This document shows positions 9,740-20,502 of a DNA stretch of 64,000 bases, piece by piece. Position numbers and translations under genes: made by a program. The stretch spans positions 37,385,731-37,449,730 of the forward strand of contig NC_083404.1 of assembly GCF_020745735.1 (NCBI RefSeq), in the 5' to 3' direction. Position 1 is the first letter of the stretch. Every line of letters begins with the position of its first letter. The notes beneath the pieces are model-generated. The model ran no database searches. It saw only the letters and a program-made list of their open reading frames with translations, and had not been told where the DNA came from. Source of the DNA: Hemiscyllium ocellatum (Eukaryota).

Positions 9740-12700
9740 CATGATCAATGGTCTGAAGATATGAGAACAGAAGAGAGTCAAACAGTCAGGGACAAAGCAG
9801 AGAACAAGGTAGGACTGATCAATTAAACTGCATTTATTTCAATGCAAGGGGCCTAACAGCGAAGGCAGATGAACTCAGGTCATGGTTAGGATTGTGGGAC
9901 TGGGATATCAGAGCAGTTACAGAAACATGGCTCAGGGATGAACAGAACTGGCAGCTTAATGTTCCAGGATATAAATGCTATAGGAAGGATAGAAAAGGAG
10001 GCAAGAGGTGAGGGGGAGTGGCATTTTTGATAATGGATAGCATTACAGCTGTACTGAGAGAGGATATTTCCAGAAATACATCCAGGGAAGTTATTTGAGT
10101 GGAACTGAGAAATAACAAAGGGATGATCACCTTATAAGGATTGTATTATATACCACCTAATAGTCAGAGGGGAATTGAGTAACAAATTTGTAAGGAGATT
10201 TTAGTTATCTGTAAGAATAATTAAGTGAGGATATTTTCATTTTCCAAGTATAAACTGGGACTGCCATAGTGTTGAAGGTTTAGATCAAGAGGAATTTGTT
10301 AAGTGTCTACAAGAAAATTTTCTGATTCTTTATGTGGATGTATCTACTAGAGAAGGAGCAAAACTTGACTTCCTCTTGGGAAATAAGGCAGGGCTGAGGT
10401 GTCAGTGGGGGAGCATTTTGGGGCCAGCGACCATAATTCTATTAGATTTAAAATACTGATGGAAAAGGATAGACGAGATCTAAAAGTTGAAGTTCTAAAT
10501 TGAAGAAAGGTCAATTTTGATGGTATTAGGCAAGAACTTTCAAAAGCTGATTGGGGGCAGATATTTGCAGGTAAAGGGAAAGCTGGAAAATGGGAAGCCT
10601 TCAGAAATGAGATAACAGCAGTCCAGAGACAGCACATTCCTCTTAGGCTGAAAGGAAAGGCTGGTAGGCATAGGGAATATCTATATATACCTACATATAG
10701 GTATAGGGGATGACTAAAGAAATTGAGGGTTTAGTTAAGAAAAAGAAGGGAGCATACATCAGGTATAGACATGATAGAGCAAGTGAATCCTTAGAAGAGC
10801 ATAAAGGCAATAGGAGTATACCTAAGAGAGAAATCAGGAGGGCAAAAAAGGGACATGAGATAGCTTTGGCAAATAAAGTTAAGGAGAGTCCAAAAGGTTT
10901 TTAAAAATACATTCAGGACAAAAGGGTAACTAAGGAGAGAATAGGGCCCCTCAAAGATCAGCAAGGCAGCCTTTGTGTGGAGCTGCAGGAGATGGGGAGA
11001 TACTAAACAAGTATTTTGCATCAGTATTTACTGTGGAAAAGGACTTGGAAGATATAGAATGTAGGGAAATAGATTGTGACATCTTGAAAAATATCCATAT
11101 TATAGAGGAGAAAGTGCTGGATGTCTTGAAATGCATAATAGTGGATAAATCCCCAGGATCTGATTAGGTGTACCCTAGAACTCCGTGGAAAGTGAGGCAA
11201 ATGATTCCTGGGACTCTTCCTGAGATATTTGTATCATCAATAGTCACAGATAAGGTATTGGAAGAGTGGAGGTTAGCTAACGTGGTGCTACTGTTTAAGA
11301 AGGGCGGTAAGGACATCTCTCAACCCTGCAGGCTTCCTGCCTCTATTCCTGATGAAGGACTTTTGCTTGAAATGTCAATTTTTCTGCTCCTTGGATGCTG
11401 CTTGACTTGCTGTGCTTTTCCAGCACCACTCCAGTTCATATTCGAGTTCCAGCATCTGCAGTCTTCATTTTTACCTGGTAAGGACAAGACAGGGAACTAT
11501 CAACCAGTGAGCCTGACGTCGGTGGTGGGCATGTTGTTGGAGGGAATCCTGAGGGGCAGGATGCACATGTATTTGGAAAGGCAAGGACTGATTAGGGATA
11601 GTCATCATGGCTTTGTGCGTGGGAAATCATGTCTCACAAACTTGATTGCATTTTTTTGTACAAGTAACAAAGAGGATTGATGAGGGCAGAGCAGTAGGAG
11701 TGATCTATATGGTCTTCAGTAAGGCGTTCAACAAGGTTTCCCCATGGGAATGTGATTAGCAAGGTTAGATCTCATGGAATACAGGAAGAACTAGCCATTT
11801 GGATATAGAACTGTTTCAAAGTTAGAAGACAGAGGGTGATGGTGGAGGGTTGTTTTTCAGACTGGAGACCTGTGACCAGTGGAGTGCCACAAGAATTGGT
11901 GCTGGGTCCACTACTTTTCATCATTTATATAAATAATTTGAACCTGAGCATAAGAAGTATAATTAATAAGTTTGCAGATGACACTAAAGTTGGAGGTGTA
12001 GTGGACAGCGAAGAAGGTTACCTCAGTTTACAATGGGATTTTAATCAGATGGGCCAATGAACTGAGAAGTGGCAGGTGGAGTTTAATTCAGATAAATGCG
12101 AGATGCTTCATCTTGGGAAAGCAAATCTACACAGGTCTTATACACTTAATGGTAAGGTCATAGGGAATGTTGCTGAACAAAGAAACCATGGAGTGCAGGT
12201 TCATAGCTCCTTGAAAGTAGCATTGCAGGTAGATAGGATAGTGAAGAAGGCATTTGGTATGCTTTCCTTTACTGGTCAGAATATTGAGTACAGATGTTGG
12301 GAAGTAATGTTGAGACTGCACAGGGCATTGGTTGGGCCACTTTTGGAATATTGCGTGCAATTCTGGTCTCCTTCCTATCAGAAAGATGCTATGAAACTTG
12401 AAAGGGTTCAGAAAGTATTTACAAGGATGTTGCCAGGGTTGGAGGATTGAGCTACAGGGAGAGGTTGAAGAGGCCGAGGCTGTTTCCCTGGAGCATCAGA
12501 GGCTGAGTAGTGACATTATAGAGGTATATAAAATCATGAGGGGCATGGATAGGATAAATAGACAAAGTCTTTTCCCTGGGGTCATGGAGTCTAGAACTAT
12601 AGGACATAGGTTTAGAGTGAGAGTGGAAAGATATAAAAGAGACCTAAGGGTCAATGTTTTCACACAGAGGATGGTACATGTATGGAATGAGCTGCCAGAA

Positions 12701-12890
12701 GAAGTGGTGAAGGCTAGTGCAATTGCAACATGTAAAAGGCACCTGGATGGGTATATGAATAGGAAGGGTTTGGTGGGATATGGGCCAGGTGCTGGCAGGT
12801 GGGCCTAGATTGGGTTGGGATATCTGTTTGGCATGGACGAGTTGGACCGAAGGGTCTGTTTCCATGCTGTACATCTCAATGGCTCTATGA
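9740..12890 (+). mobile_element. Long CR1-type LINE ORF2 remnant (APE endonuclease plus RT), disrupted
   Basis: LNCIYFNARG-type start, then NYQPVSLTSVVG, GKSCLTNLI, SGVPQ..LGPLLF, KFADDTKVGG and [10 protein letters not shown] motifs with stops and frameshifts; 3' tail at ~12890. Confidence 0.92.
11316..11476 (+). mobile_element. Penelope-like pLTR fragment with a decayed hammerhead core, nested in CR1; 10-bp TSD
   Basis: TSD ggtaaggaca at 11306-11315 and 11477-11486; attc-ctgatga-a-ggacttttgctt-gaaa-tgtc at 11345-11376. Confidence 0.8.
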
Positions 12891-13109
12891 TATGTGGGAA
12901 CATCATCACCTGCAAACTCACCTCCAAACCACTCCCCATCCTGAGTTTGAAATATACTGCCCTTCCTTCACTGTCACTGGGTCAAAATCCTGTCATTCCC
13001 TTTCGAATGACATTGTGGGTGAATTCACTGCTTGTGGACTGCAGCAGTCAGAATGCAGCTCATCACCATTTTCTCAAAGTAACTCGGGATGGGCAATACA
13101 TGCTGCTGG

Positions 13110-13310
13110 CTAACCAGCGAGGCCCAGATCGAGCGAATGAACACACAGACAAAGAAGTTGCTAGTCCAAGCTCCGTCTTGGCAAGCACCTGCAAGGAGGC
13201 AGAGAAAACTCTTCAAGGACGTCCTCACATCCTCCCTGAAAAATTCAAGATCCTGCCGACTTGGAGAAATCCTTCGCCCACTCCTCCCATGCTGGAGAAG
13301 AAGTAGTCAA
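13110..13310 (+). mobile_element. RTE-type LINE C-terminal fragment
   Basis: ARRQRKLFKDVLTSSLK resembles the RTE C-terminal GRQRKRFKDTLKASLK motif. Confidence 0.55.
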
Positions 13311-13647
13311 CCCGTATTTATAGCATCTCCCGCCGGTTCCGCCAAACGCGAGTAGCAGAAGGAGCGTGCAGAAACTCCACTCATCCTTTTCAAACATCGC
13401 CTGATCCACACAGGGTCCGCTACTGGAATGTTAAGTGATCCTCCAGTCCGAGAGACTACCGAAGGAGGGCGGTCTATTTGTGGAGCTCCTAATCAGCAGT
13501 TGTGATTTTGGGCCGTTGATTAGAACGCAGAAATCTCTGCACTTTTCAACTAGAATTTTGAATTAAACATTTTAAATGGACTTTTTTTTTATTTGTTAAA
13601 CGCAATGTGATTTAATTATGTAATTTCGACTTGAAGCGACGCGATAG

Positions 13648-13664
13648 TGGCTCCCCCTGGCGGC
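13648..13664 (-). promoter_or_regulatory. CTCF-like motif (gCCGCCAGGGGGAGCca)
   Basis: Close match to the CCASYAGRKGGCRS core, about 800 bp 3' of the V4 RSS. Sequence match only. Confidence 0.55.
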
Positions 13665-14460
13665 GTTAGGATTTGTTCTGATCCTCAGTTTGGGATCATA
13701 AACTCAGCGTCAGGAAAAGGAGCATGAAATGTCGGGCCAACGAACAACTGGCTTGCATTGCATTGTCAGGGTAGTCGAGAATACAGTGTTGGGGGATTCG
13801 CAAATTGCAATAAAATATTAACATGAAATGTCGGTAACACTGAGATTAGGGGACAGATAGTAAACCGCGTGAAACAAGAACGAGACGAGTTCCCGAAAAC
13901 TTTTGGGGACAAAAGTTTTGGCGAGGTGTTTTATTGGGAGAAGCGGTTTACGCCACTGAAGGTGCGGGAACCAAGTCGCAGGATGATGGGGAAACCCTGG
14001 GGAGAGCTGCAGACAGGGAATGGCGAACCTGGCAGCACCTGGAGGAAAAAAGCAGCTAGCCTTTCGTCGTCGGCAGTTTATGTTTTTGTCATCCGTGTCA
14101 TTTCCTGTCCAATATATTTCACCCAATTCTCAGAAGCAGAATGAAGATTTCAATATGAAAATCTGCTAAAACATGATGAGTGCGGACTGCAGTGTATTTC
14201 TGGACAAGCTGAGGAGTTTACAGGATTAACTATTAAAATACTTGTTTCCGGCCATTCCGACTCTAAATCCTTGCTCCGCCATAGACCATTACCTCTCTTG
14301 TGTTTGGGATATCTCAGTGAAAGAATTAGGGGACTCAAACGTGCGTTTAAACCCAGATTGTTAGAAGTCAGGTTTAAGACGATTTAGTAATTTATTTTCA
14401 ATGTTCCACTGTTCACTGGACCCTGTTCCGTCGTCTGGGAGGAGAGCTCTCGATGTGCGG

Positions 14461-14499
14461 AGTATTTGTCGGGCTGTTCCACGGTCATATATCACCGTG
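14461..14499 (-). promoter_or_regulatory. RSS of V4 (CACGGTG - 23 nt - ACAAATACT)
   Basis: Heptamer at 14493-14499, spacer 14470-14492 (23 nt), nonamer at 14461-14469. Confidence 0.87.
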
Positions 14500-14937
14500 T
14501 TCACCCCAGACGGCACAGTAATAAACTCCAGCGTCGCTATCCGCGATGTTTGTTAGGTCAAGCAGACTGCTTTTCTCTTTCGCCACGTTTTCGGATGTGA
14601 ATCTGTCGGCGAAATCGCCGTCGTAAATTGGTCGGGCTCCTGTCACGTAGAGAATGCGGTGGAAGCCCTGGCTCGGGGTGTGGCGGTACCAGTGCACGGT
14701 CCCACTCACCAGATCCACATTCTCCAAGATGCACCGAAAACGGGCGACTTTTGTGCGCGCCCTGCTGACAGAGAGCTTGGCCTGAGTCAAGGATTGAGCT
14801 GACCCGCCACCTGTTTGAAAAGGAAAGATGACAATTATCAATATTGCAGGAAAATGTGTTGTTTAAAACGAATGAAACCTGAAGTACCTACAGGAGAAAT
14901 ACATGACAGACACGATGAGCGTTAACTGGATCTGCAT
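14500..14937 (-). CDS. TRGV: TRGV segment (window V4, most 5'/distal): leader exon 14892-14937, intron 14811-14891, V exon 14500-14810
   Basis: Leader MQIQLTLIVSVMYFS with donor T|GTAGGT; acceptor ttcaaacag|GT. V exon reads C-GGSAQSLTQAKLSVSRARTKVARFRC...VHWYRHTPSQGFHRILYV...DSDAGVYYCAVWGE. Confidence 0.87.
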
Positions 14938-15264
14938 GTCCCTGGCTGTGGGTTGGTCTGAGAATTGGGTGTAATATATTGCGACAGGAAATGACACGGA
15001 TGACAAAAACATAAACTGCTGACGACGACGGAGTCGAAAGATTAAGTCTGCTTTTTTTTCCCCTACAGGTACTGCCAGGTCTGCTCAGTTTCGCCAGCAA
15101 TGTCTGTATCTTTTTTCTTGGTTTCAGATCTTCAGCACCCGCAGCTCTTTGTTTTAATGACACTTGTCATCTCCACCACTACCAGTGAGCTCACGCAATG
15201 TCGAATTCCTGACTTAAGCAGGTGCTGCTGAGAATCCGCATTCACCGAAATGATTCCTCCCTGT

Positions 15265-16185
15265 CCATAAGACCATAGAAATAGGAGTGGAAGTAAGGCC
15301 ATTCGGCCCATCGAGCCAACTCCGCCATTCAGTCATGGCTGATGGGCATTTCAATGCCACTTACCTGCACTCCCCCCACCCCCCTATCCCTTATTTCTTG
15401 GGAGATTAAGGATTTATCAATCTCCGCCTTGAAGACATTTAACATTCCGGCCTCCACTGCGCTCCATGGCAATGAATTCCATAGGCCCACCACTCACCTC
15501 ATTTCCATTCTAAATTGACCTCCTCTCATTCTAAGGCTGTGCCCACTGGTCCTAGTATCTCCACCTGACGGAAACAATTTCCCAGCGTCCACCCTTTCTA
15601 AGCCATGCATTATCTTGTAAGTTTCTATTAGATCTCCCCTCAACCTTCTATACTCTTAACAAATACAATCCCAAGATCCTCAGCCATTCATCTTATGTTA
15701 GGCCTAGCGTTCCAGGGATCATCTGTATGAATCTCCACTGGACATGCTCCTGTATGTCCTTCCTGAAGTGTGGGGCTCAAAACTGGGCACAGTATTCTAA
15801 ATGGGACCTAACCAGAGCTTTATAAAGTCTTAGTAGCACCTCAGTGCTTTTACATTTCAACCCTCTTGAAATAAATGACAACATTACATTTGCTTTCTTA
15901 ACCACAGACTCAACCTGCAAGACAACCTTTAGAGAATCCTGTACTAGCACTCCCAGATCCCTCTGTACTTTGGCTTTATGAATTTTCTCCCCTTTTTAAA
16001 AATAGACCATGTCTATGTTCTTTTTTTCCGAAGTGCAAGACCTCGCATTTGTTCACGTTGAATTTCATCAGCCATCTCTTGGACCATTCTCCTAAGCCTA
16101 AATCTTTCTGTAGCCTCCCCACCTCCTCAGAACTACCTGTCCATCCATCTAACTTTGTATCATCAGCAAACTTCGCCAGAATGCC
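15265..16185 (-). mobile_element. CR1-type LINE 3' portion
   Basis: Reverse RT motifs (catcagcaaacttcgcc = AKFADD; gcacagtattc = EYCA). Confidence 0.85.
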
Positions 16186-16514
16186 TCTGCAATAAACTAT
16201 AGCGTTTGCCCATTCTGAATGAAATGTACAGATGCACTACATTATGCAGCAGCCCCAGAATACCTCCAACAGAAATCACTACAGTATTTGTGTACACCAG
16301 GATCCCAAAACAACCAGGTATTGATTGAGGAATCATCTTCTAGTGGTGCTGCTAAATCTTCTGAGGGAAGAGGAAAGCTTGATTTAAAGTCTCATCACAA
16401 AATCTGATCCACTTTCTCAGCTCTGAACCAGTTCCAATTAATCAAGTCCAAAACATGTTATACTATGAAGTTTGTCATGTTAGAGTATTCATTAATTGAG
16501 GGTGCGCCAAAGAG

Positions 16515-19500
16515 TCAGAGAGTCATAGAGTTGTACAGCAAGGAAACAGACCCTTTGGTCCAACTCGTCCATGCCGACCAGATATCCCAACACAAGCTAG
16601 TCCCACCTGCCAGCACCTGGCCCATATTCCTCCAAACCCTTCCTATTCATATACCCATCTAGATGCCTTTTAAACTTTGTAATTGTACCATCCTCCACCA
16701 ATCCCTCTGGCAGCTCATTCCATACAGACACCACCTTCTGCATGAAAAGGTTGCTCCTTAGGTCCCATTTAACTTTTTCCCCTCTCACCCTAAATCTATG
16801 CCCTCTAGTTCAGAACTCCCCCTCTCTCAGGGAAAGTACCTTGCGTATTAATCCTATCTGGGCCCCTTATGATTTTATAAACCTTGATAAGGTCACCCCT
16901 CAGCCTCCAATGCTCCAGGGAAAACAACCCCAGCCTATTCAGCCTCTCTCCACACCCCACATCCTCCAACCCTGGCAACATTCTTTTCTGAACCTTTTCA
17001 AGTTTCACAATATCCTTCTGATGGGAGGGAGACCAGAATTGCATGCAATATTCAAAACATGGCCTAACCAATGTCCTGTATAGCTGCAACATGACCTCCC
17101 AGTTCCAATACTCAATGCTCTGACCAACAAAGGAAAGCATACCAAATGTCTTCTTCACTATCCTGTCTACCTGTGACACCACTTTCAAGAAACTATGAAC
17201 CTGCACTCCAAGGTCTCTTTGTTCAGTAACACTCCCCAGGACCTTACCATTAAGTGTATAGATTTTGGATGAGAGGGAAAAATTTAAATGGGACCTAAGG
17301 AGCAACCTTTTCATGCAGAGGAGTAACAAGAAGATGGATTACTGGGCTAAAGGTAGACTACTTGGTAGTGTGGATGAGCAGAGGGATCTTGGTGTCCATG
17401 TACACAGATCTCTGAAAGTTGCCACCCAGGTAAATAATGCTGTGAAGAAGGCATATGGTGTACTGGGCTTTATTGGTAGAGGAATTGAGTTCCGGAGTCC
17501 TGAGGTCATGTTGCAGTTGTATAAGACTCTGGTGCGGCCTCATCTGGAGTATTGTGTGCAGTTTTGGTCACCATACTATAGGAAGGATGTGGAGGCACTG
17601 GAACGGGTGCAGAGGAGGTTTACCAGGATGTTGCCTGGCATGGTAGGAAGATCGTATGAGGAAAGGCTGAGGGACTTGGGGCTGTTCTCATTGGAGAAAA
17701 GAAGGTTTAGGGGTGACTTGATAGAGGTGTACAAGATGATTAGGAGTTTAGATAGGGTTGACAGTGAGAACCTTTTTCCGCTAATGGAGTCAGCTGTTAC
17801 TAGGGGACACAGCTTTAAATTAAGGGGTGGTAGGTATAGGACAGATGTTAGGGGTAGATTCTTTACTCAGCAGGTTGTAAGTTCATGGAATGCCCTGCCA
17901 CCAGCAGTGGTGGACTCTCCCTCTTTATGGTCATTTAAGCGGGAATTGAATAAGCATATGGAAGTTATTGGGCTAGTGTAGGTTAGGTAGGCTTTGGTTG
18001 GTGCAACATCGAGGGCCGAAGGGCCTGAACTGCGTTGTATTTTTCTATATTTCTATGTAAGTCCTGCTTTGATTTTCCTTTCCAAAATTCAGCACCTCTC
18101 ATTTATCTAGATTCAACTCCATTTGCCACTCCTCAGCCCATTGGCCCATCTGATCAAGATTCCATTGTATTCTGAGGAAACCTTCTTTGCTGTCCACTAC
18201 ACTTCCAATTTTGGTGTCATCTGCAAATTTACATCTTCTATGTTCACATCCAAATCATTTATATAAATTTGAAAATCAGTGGAACCAGCACCAATCCTTG
18301 TGGCACACCACTGGACAGGCCTCCAGTCTGAAAGACAACTCTCCACCACCACCCTCTGTCTTCTACTTTCAAGCCAGTTCTGTATCCAGATGGCTAGTTC
18401 TCTCTGTATTCCATGAGACGTAAACTTGTGAACTAGACTCACATGAGGAACCTTGTCAAATGCCTTCCTGAAATCCAAATAGATCACGTCCACCATTCTG
18501 CCCTCATCAATCCTCTTTGTTACTAATTCAAAAAACTCAATCAAGTTTGTGAGACATGATTTCCCATGCACAAAGCCATGTTGACTATCCCTAATCAGTC
18601 TTTGCCTTTCCAAATACATGTGAATCCTGTCCCTCAGGATTCCCTCCAACAACTTGCCCACCACCGACATCAGGCTCACTGGTCTATTGTTCCCTGGTTT
18701 GTCCTTACCATTGTTCTTAAACATTGGCACCAAGTTAGCCAACCTCCAGTCTTCCAGCACCTCACCTGTGACTATCGATGATACAAATATCTCAGCGATC
18801 ACTTCCGTAGCTTCCCACAGAGTTTTCAGGTACACCTGATCAGGTCTTGGGGATTTATCCACCTTTATGCGTTTCAAGACATCCAGCACACCCTCCTCTG
18901 TAATATGGACATCTTGCAAGATGTCACCATCTGTTTACCCATATCCTATATCTTCCATGTCCTTTTCCACAGTAAATATTAATGCAAAATGCTTGTTTAG
19001 TATTTACCCCATCTCCTGTGGTTCCACACACAGGCTTTCTTGCTGATATTTGAGAGGCCCTATTCTCTTCCTAGTTACCCTTTTGTCCTTAATATATTTA
19101 TAAAATCCCTTTGGATTCTCCTGAACCCTATTTGCCAAATCTATCTCATGTCCCCTTTTTACCTGCCTGATTCCCTCTTAAGTACACTCCTATTGCCTTT
19201 ATACTCTTCTAAGGATTCACTCAATCTCTCCTCAATTTCTCTAGTCATCCAGCATTCCCTACACCTACCAGCCTTTCCTTTCACCCTAACAGGAATATAC
19301 ATTCTCTGGACTATTGCTATCTCATTTTTGATGGCTTCCCACTTTTCAGCCATTCCTATACCTGAGAATATCTGTCCCCAATCAGCTTTTGAAAGTTCTT
19401 GCCCAGTACCATCAAAATTGGCCTTCCTCCAATTTAGAATTTCAACTTTTAGATCCGGTCTATGTTTGGACATTAAAACCCCCAAGCTTAACTACCCTAT

Positions 19501-19860
19501 CATTCTGACAGATAACTGAAATCTCCTTACAAAATTCTTTCTCAATTTTCCGCTGCCTACTGGGGAGGGGTGGGGGTGGTGGGGGGGGGGGGGGCTCTAT
19601 AATACAAACTCGATAAAATAATCATCCCTTTGTTATTTCTCAGTTCCCTGGATGTATTCTCAGGAATCTCCTCCCTAAGCACAGCAATAATGCGATTGTT
19701 TATCAGAAATACCTCTCCCACTCCTCTTTTCCCTCCTATAGCATTTGTATCCTGGAACATTAAGCTGCCAGTCCTGTCCATTCTTTCTCTCTCTCCCTCA
19801 CTGACCATGTGGTTGCTGCCTTTGGCTGTCTTCCTCCTTTTAAAAGTGTCGTAGTTTTGA
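16515..19860 (-). mobile_element. CR1-type LINE interrupted by a + strand CR1 insert
   Basis: RT ORF pieces at 16805-17329, 18197-18919 and 19159-19485; the sequence broken at ~17260 resumes at ~18059. Confidence 0.88.
17330..18058 (+). mobile_element. 5'-truncated CR1 of a different subfamily with an open RT C-terminus
   Basis: ORF 17265-17981 (LGSVDEQRDLGV...[16 protein letters not shown]); same 3' end as 42515-42772. Confidence 0.88.
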
Positions 19861-20502
19861 TCTCCCCCCCCCCCCCCCAACCAAAGTTCCAAAATAATGC
19901 AACAGCATATAAAACATTGCTCCTGGAATTTAAGGACATTATCTCTAATACCTAAAATACCTCAAAAAAGGAGCAGCTCTTACAAACGCAACTTTTTCTC
20001 AACCTTTATCTTGGATTACCCAGAGCTATCCAGCAAATGCAATACTTTGATGTGTACCCACTTATACAAAAAAAAACCCACCACAATTAATGTTTGCATG
20101 CCCCCATAATCTATGGCAAATTTGTGATTCCTGTATAAAGCACGTTCTATTTTTCTCTCTTGAAATAGAAAAGGTTGGCAATAATAAGGAAAAGCAGGAT
20201 ATATTGTTAAGAGAAAGAGTTTATGCTGAGTGGCCTGAGTATTTCCACATGATTTTATTTTCCTTCAGTTTTTCAACATTTTGCTTCTAAGAAATGTCGC
20301 GGATACAGTGGTTCTGAAAGTTGATTGCATGGGCCAAGGGCAAATGATGATTGGGCCTTTTGTTGGGCCTTTTTGACCATTTTACCACAGACAGGAGCTG
20401 GGAAGTTACACATATATGTTAGTTATTTGGAGCAAGGTGTATTTAATCACTGGAGGCTGTTGAGATGAAGACCGGGATCATGGGCAATCACGAGTTCTGA
20501 AA

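Noticed and set aside
11168-11680. 170-aa ORF as a novel protein
   Set aside because: It is a chimera of CR1 RT and a nested pLTR insert with a 10-bp TSD.
4188-14522. Cryptic heptamers (TACTGTG) in the V 3' ends of V1, V2 and V4 as V-replacement signals
   Set aside because: They follow automatically from the Tyr-Cys-Ala codons, are absent in V3 (TACTGCG), and have no supporting nonamer.
19556-19880. G-run and C-run as a functional G-quadruplex or inverted pair
   Set aside because: Homopolymer expansions inside a decayed CR1 with no other support.
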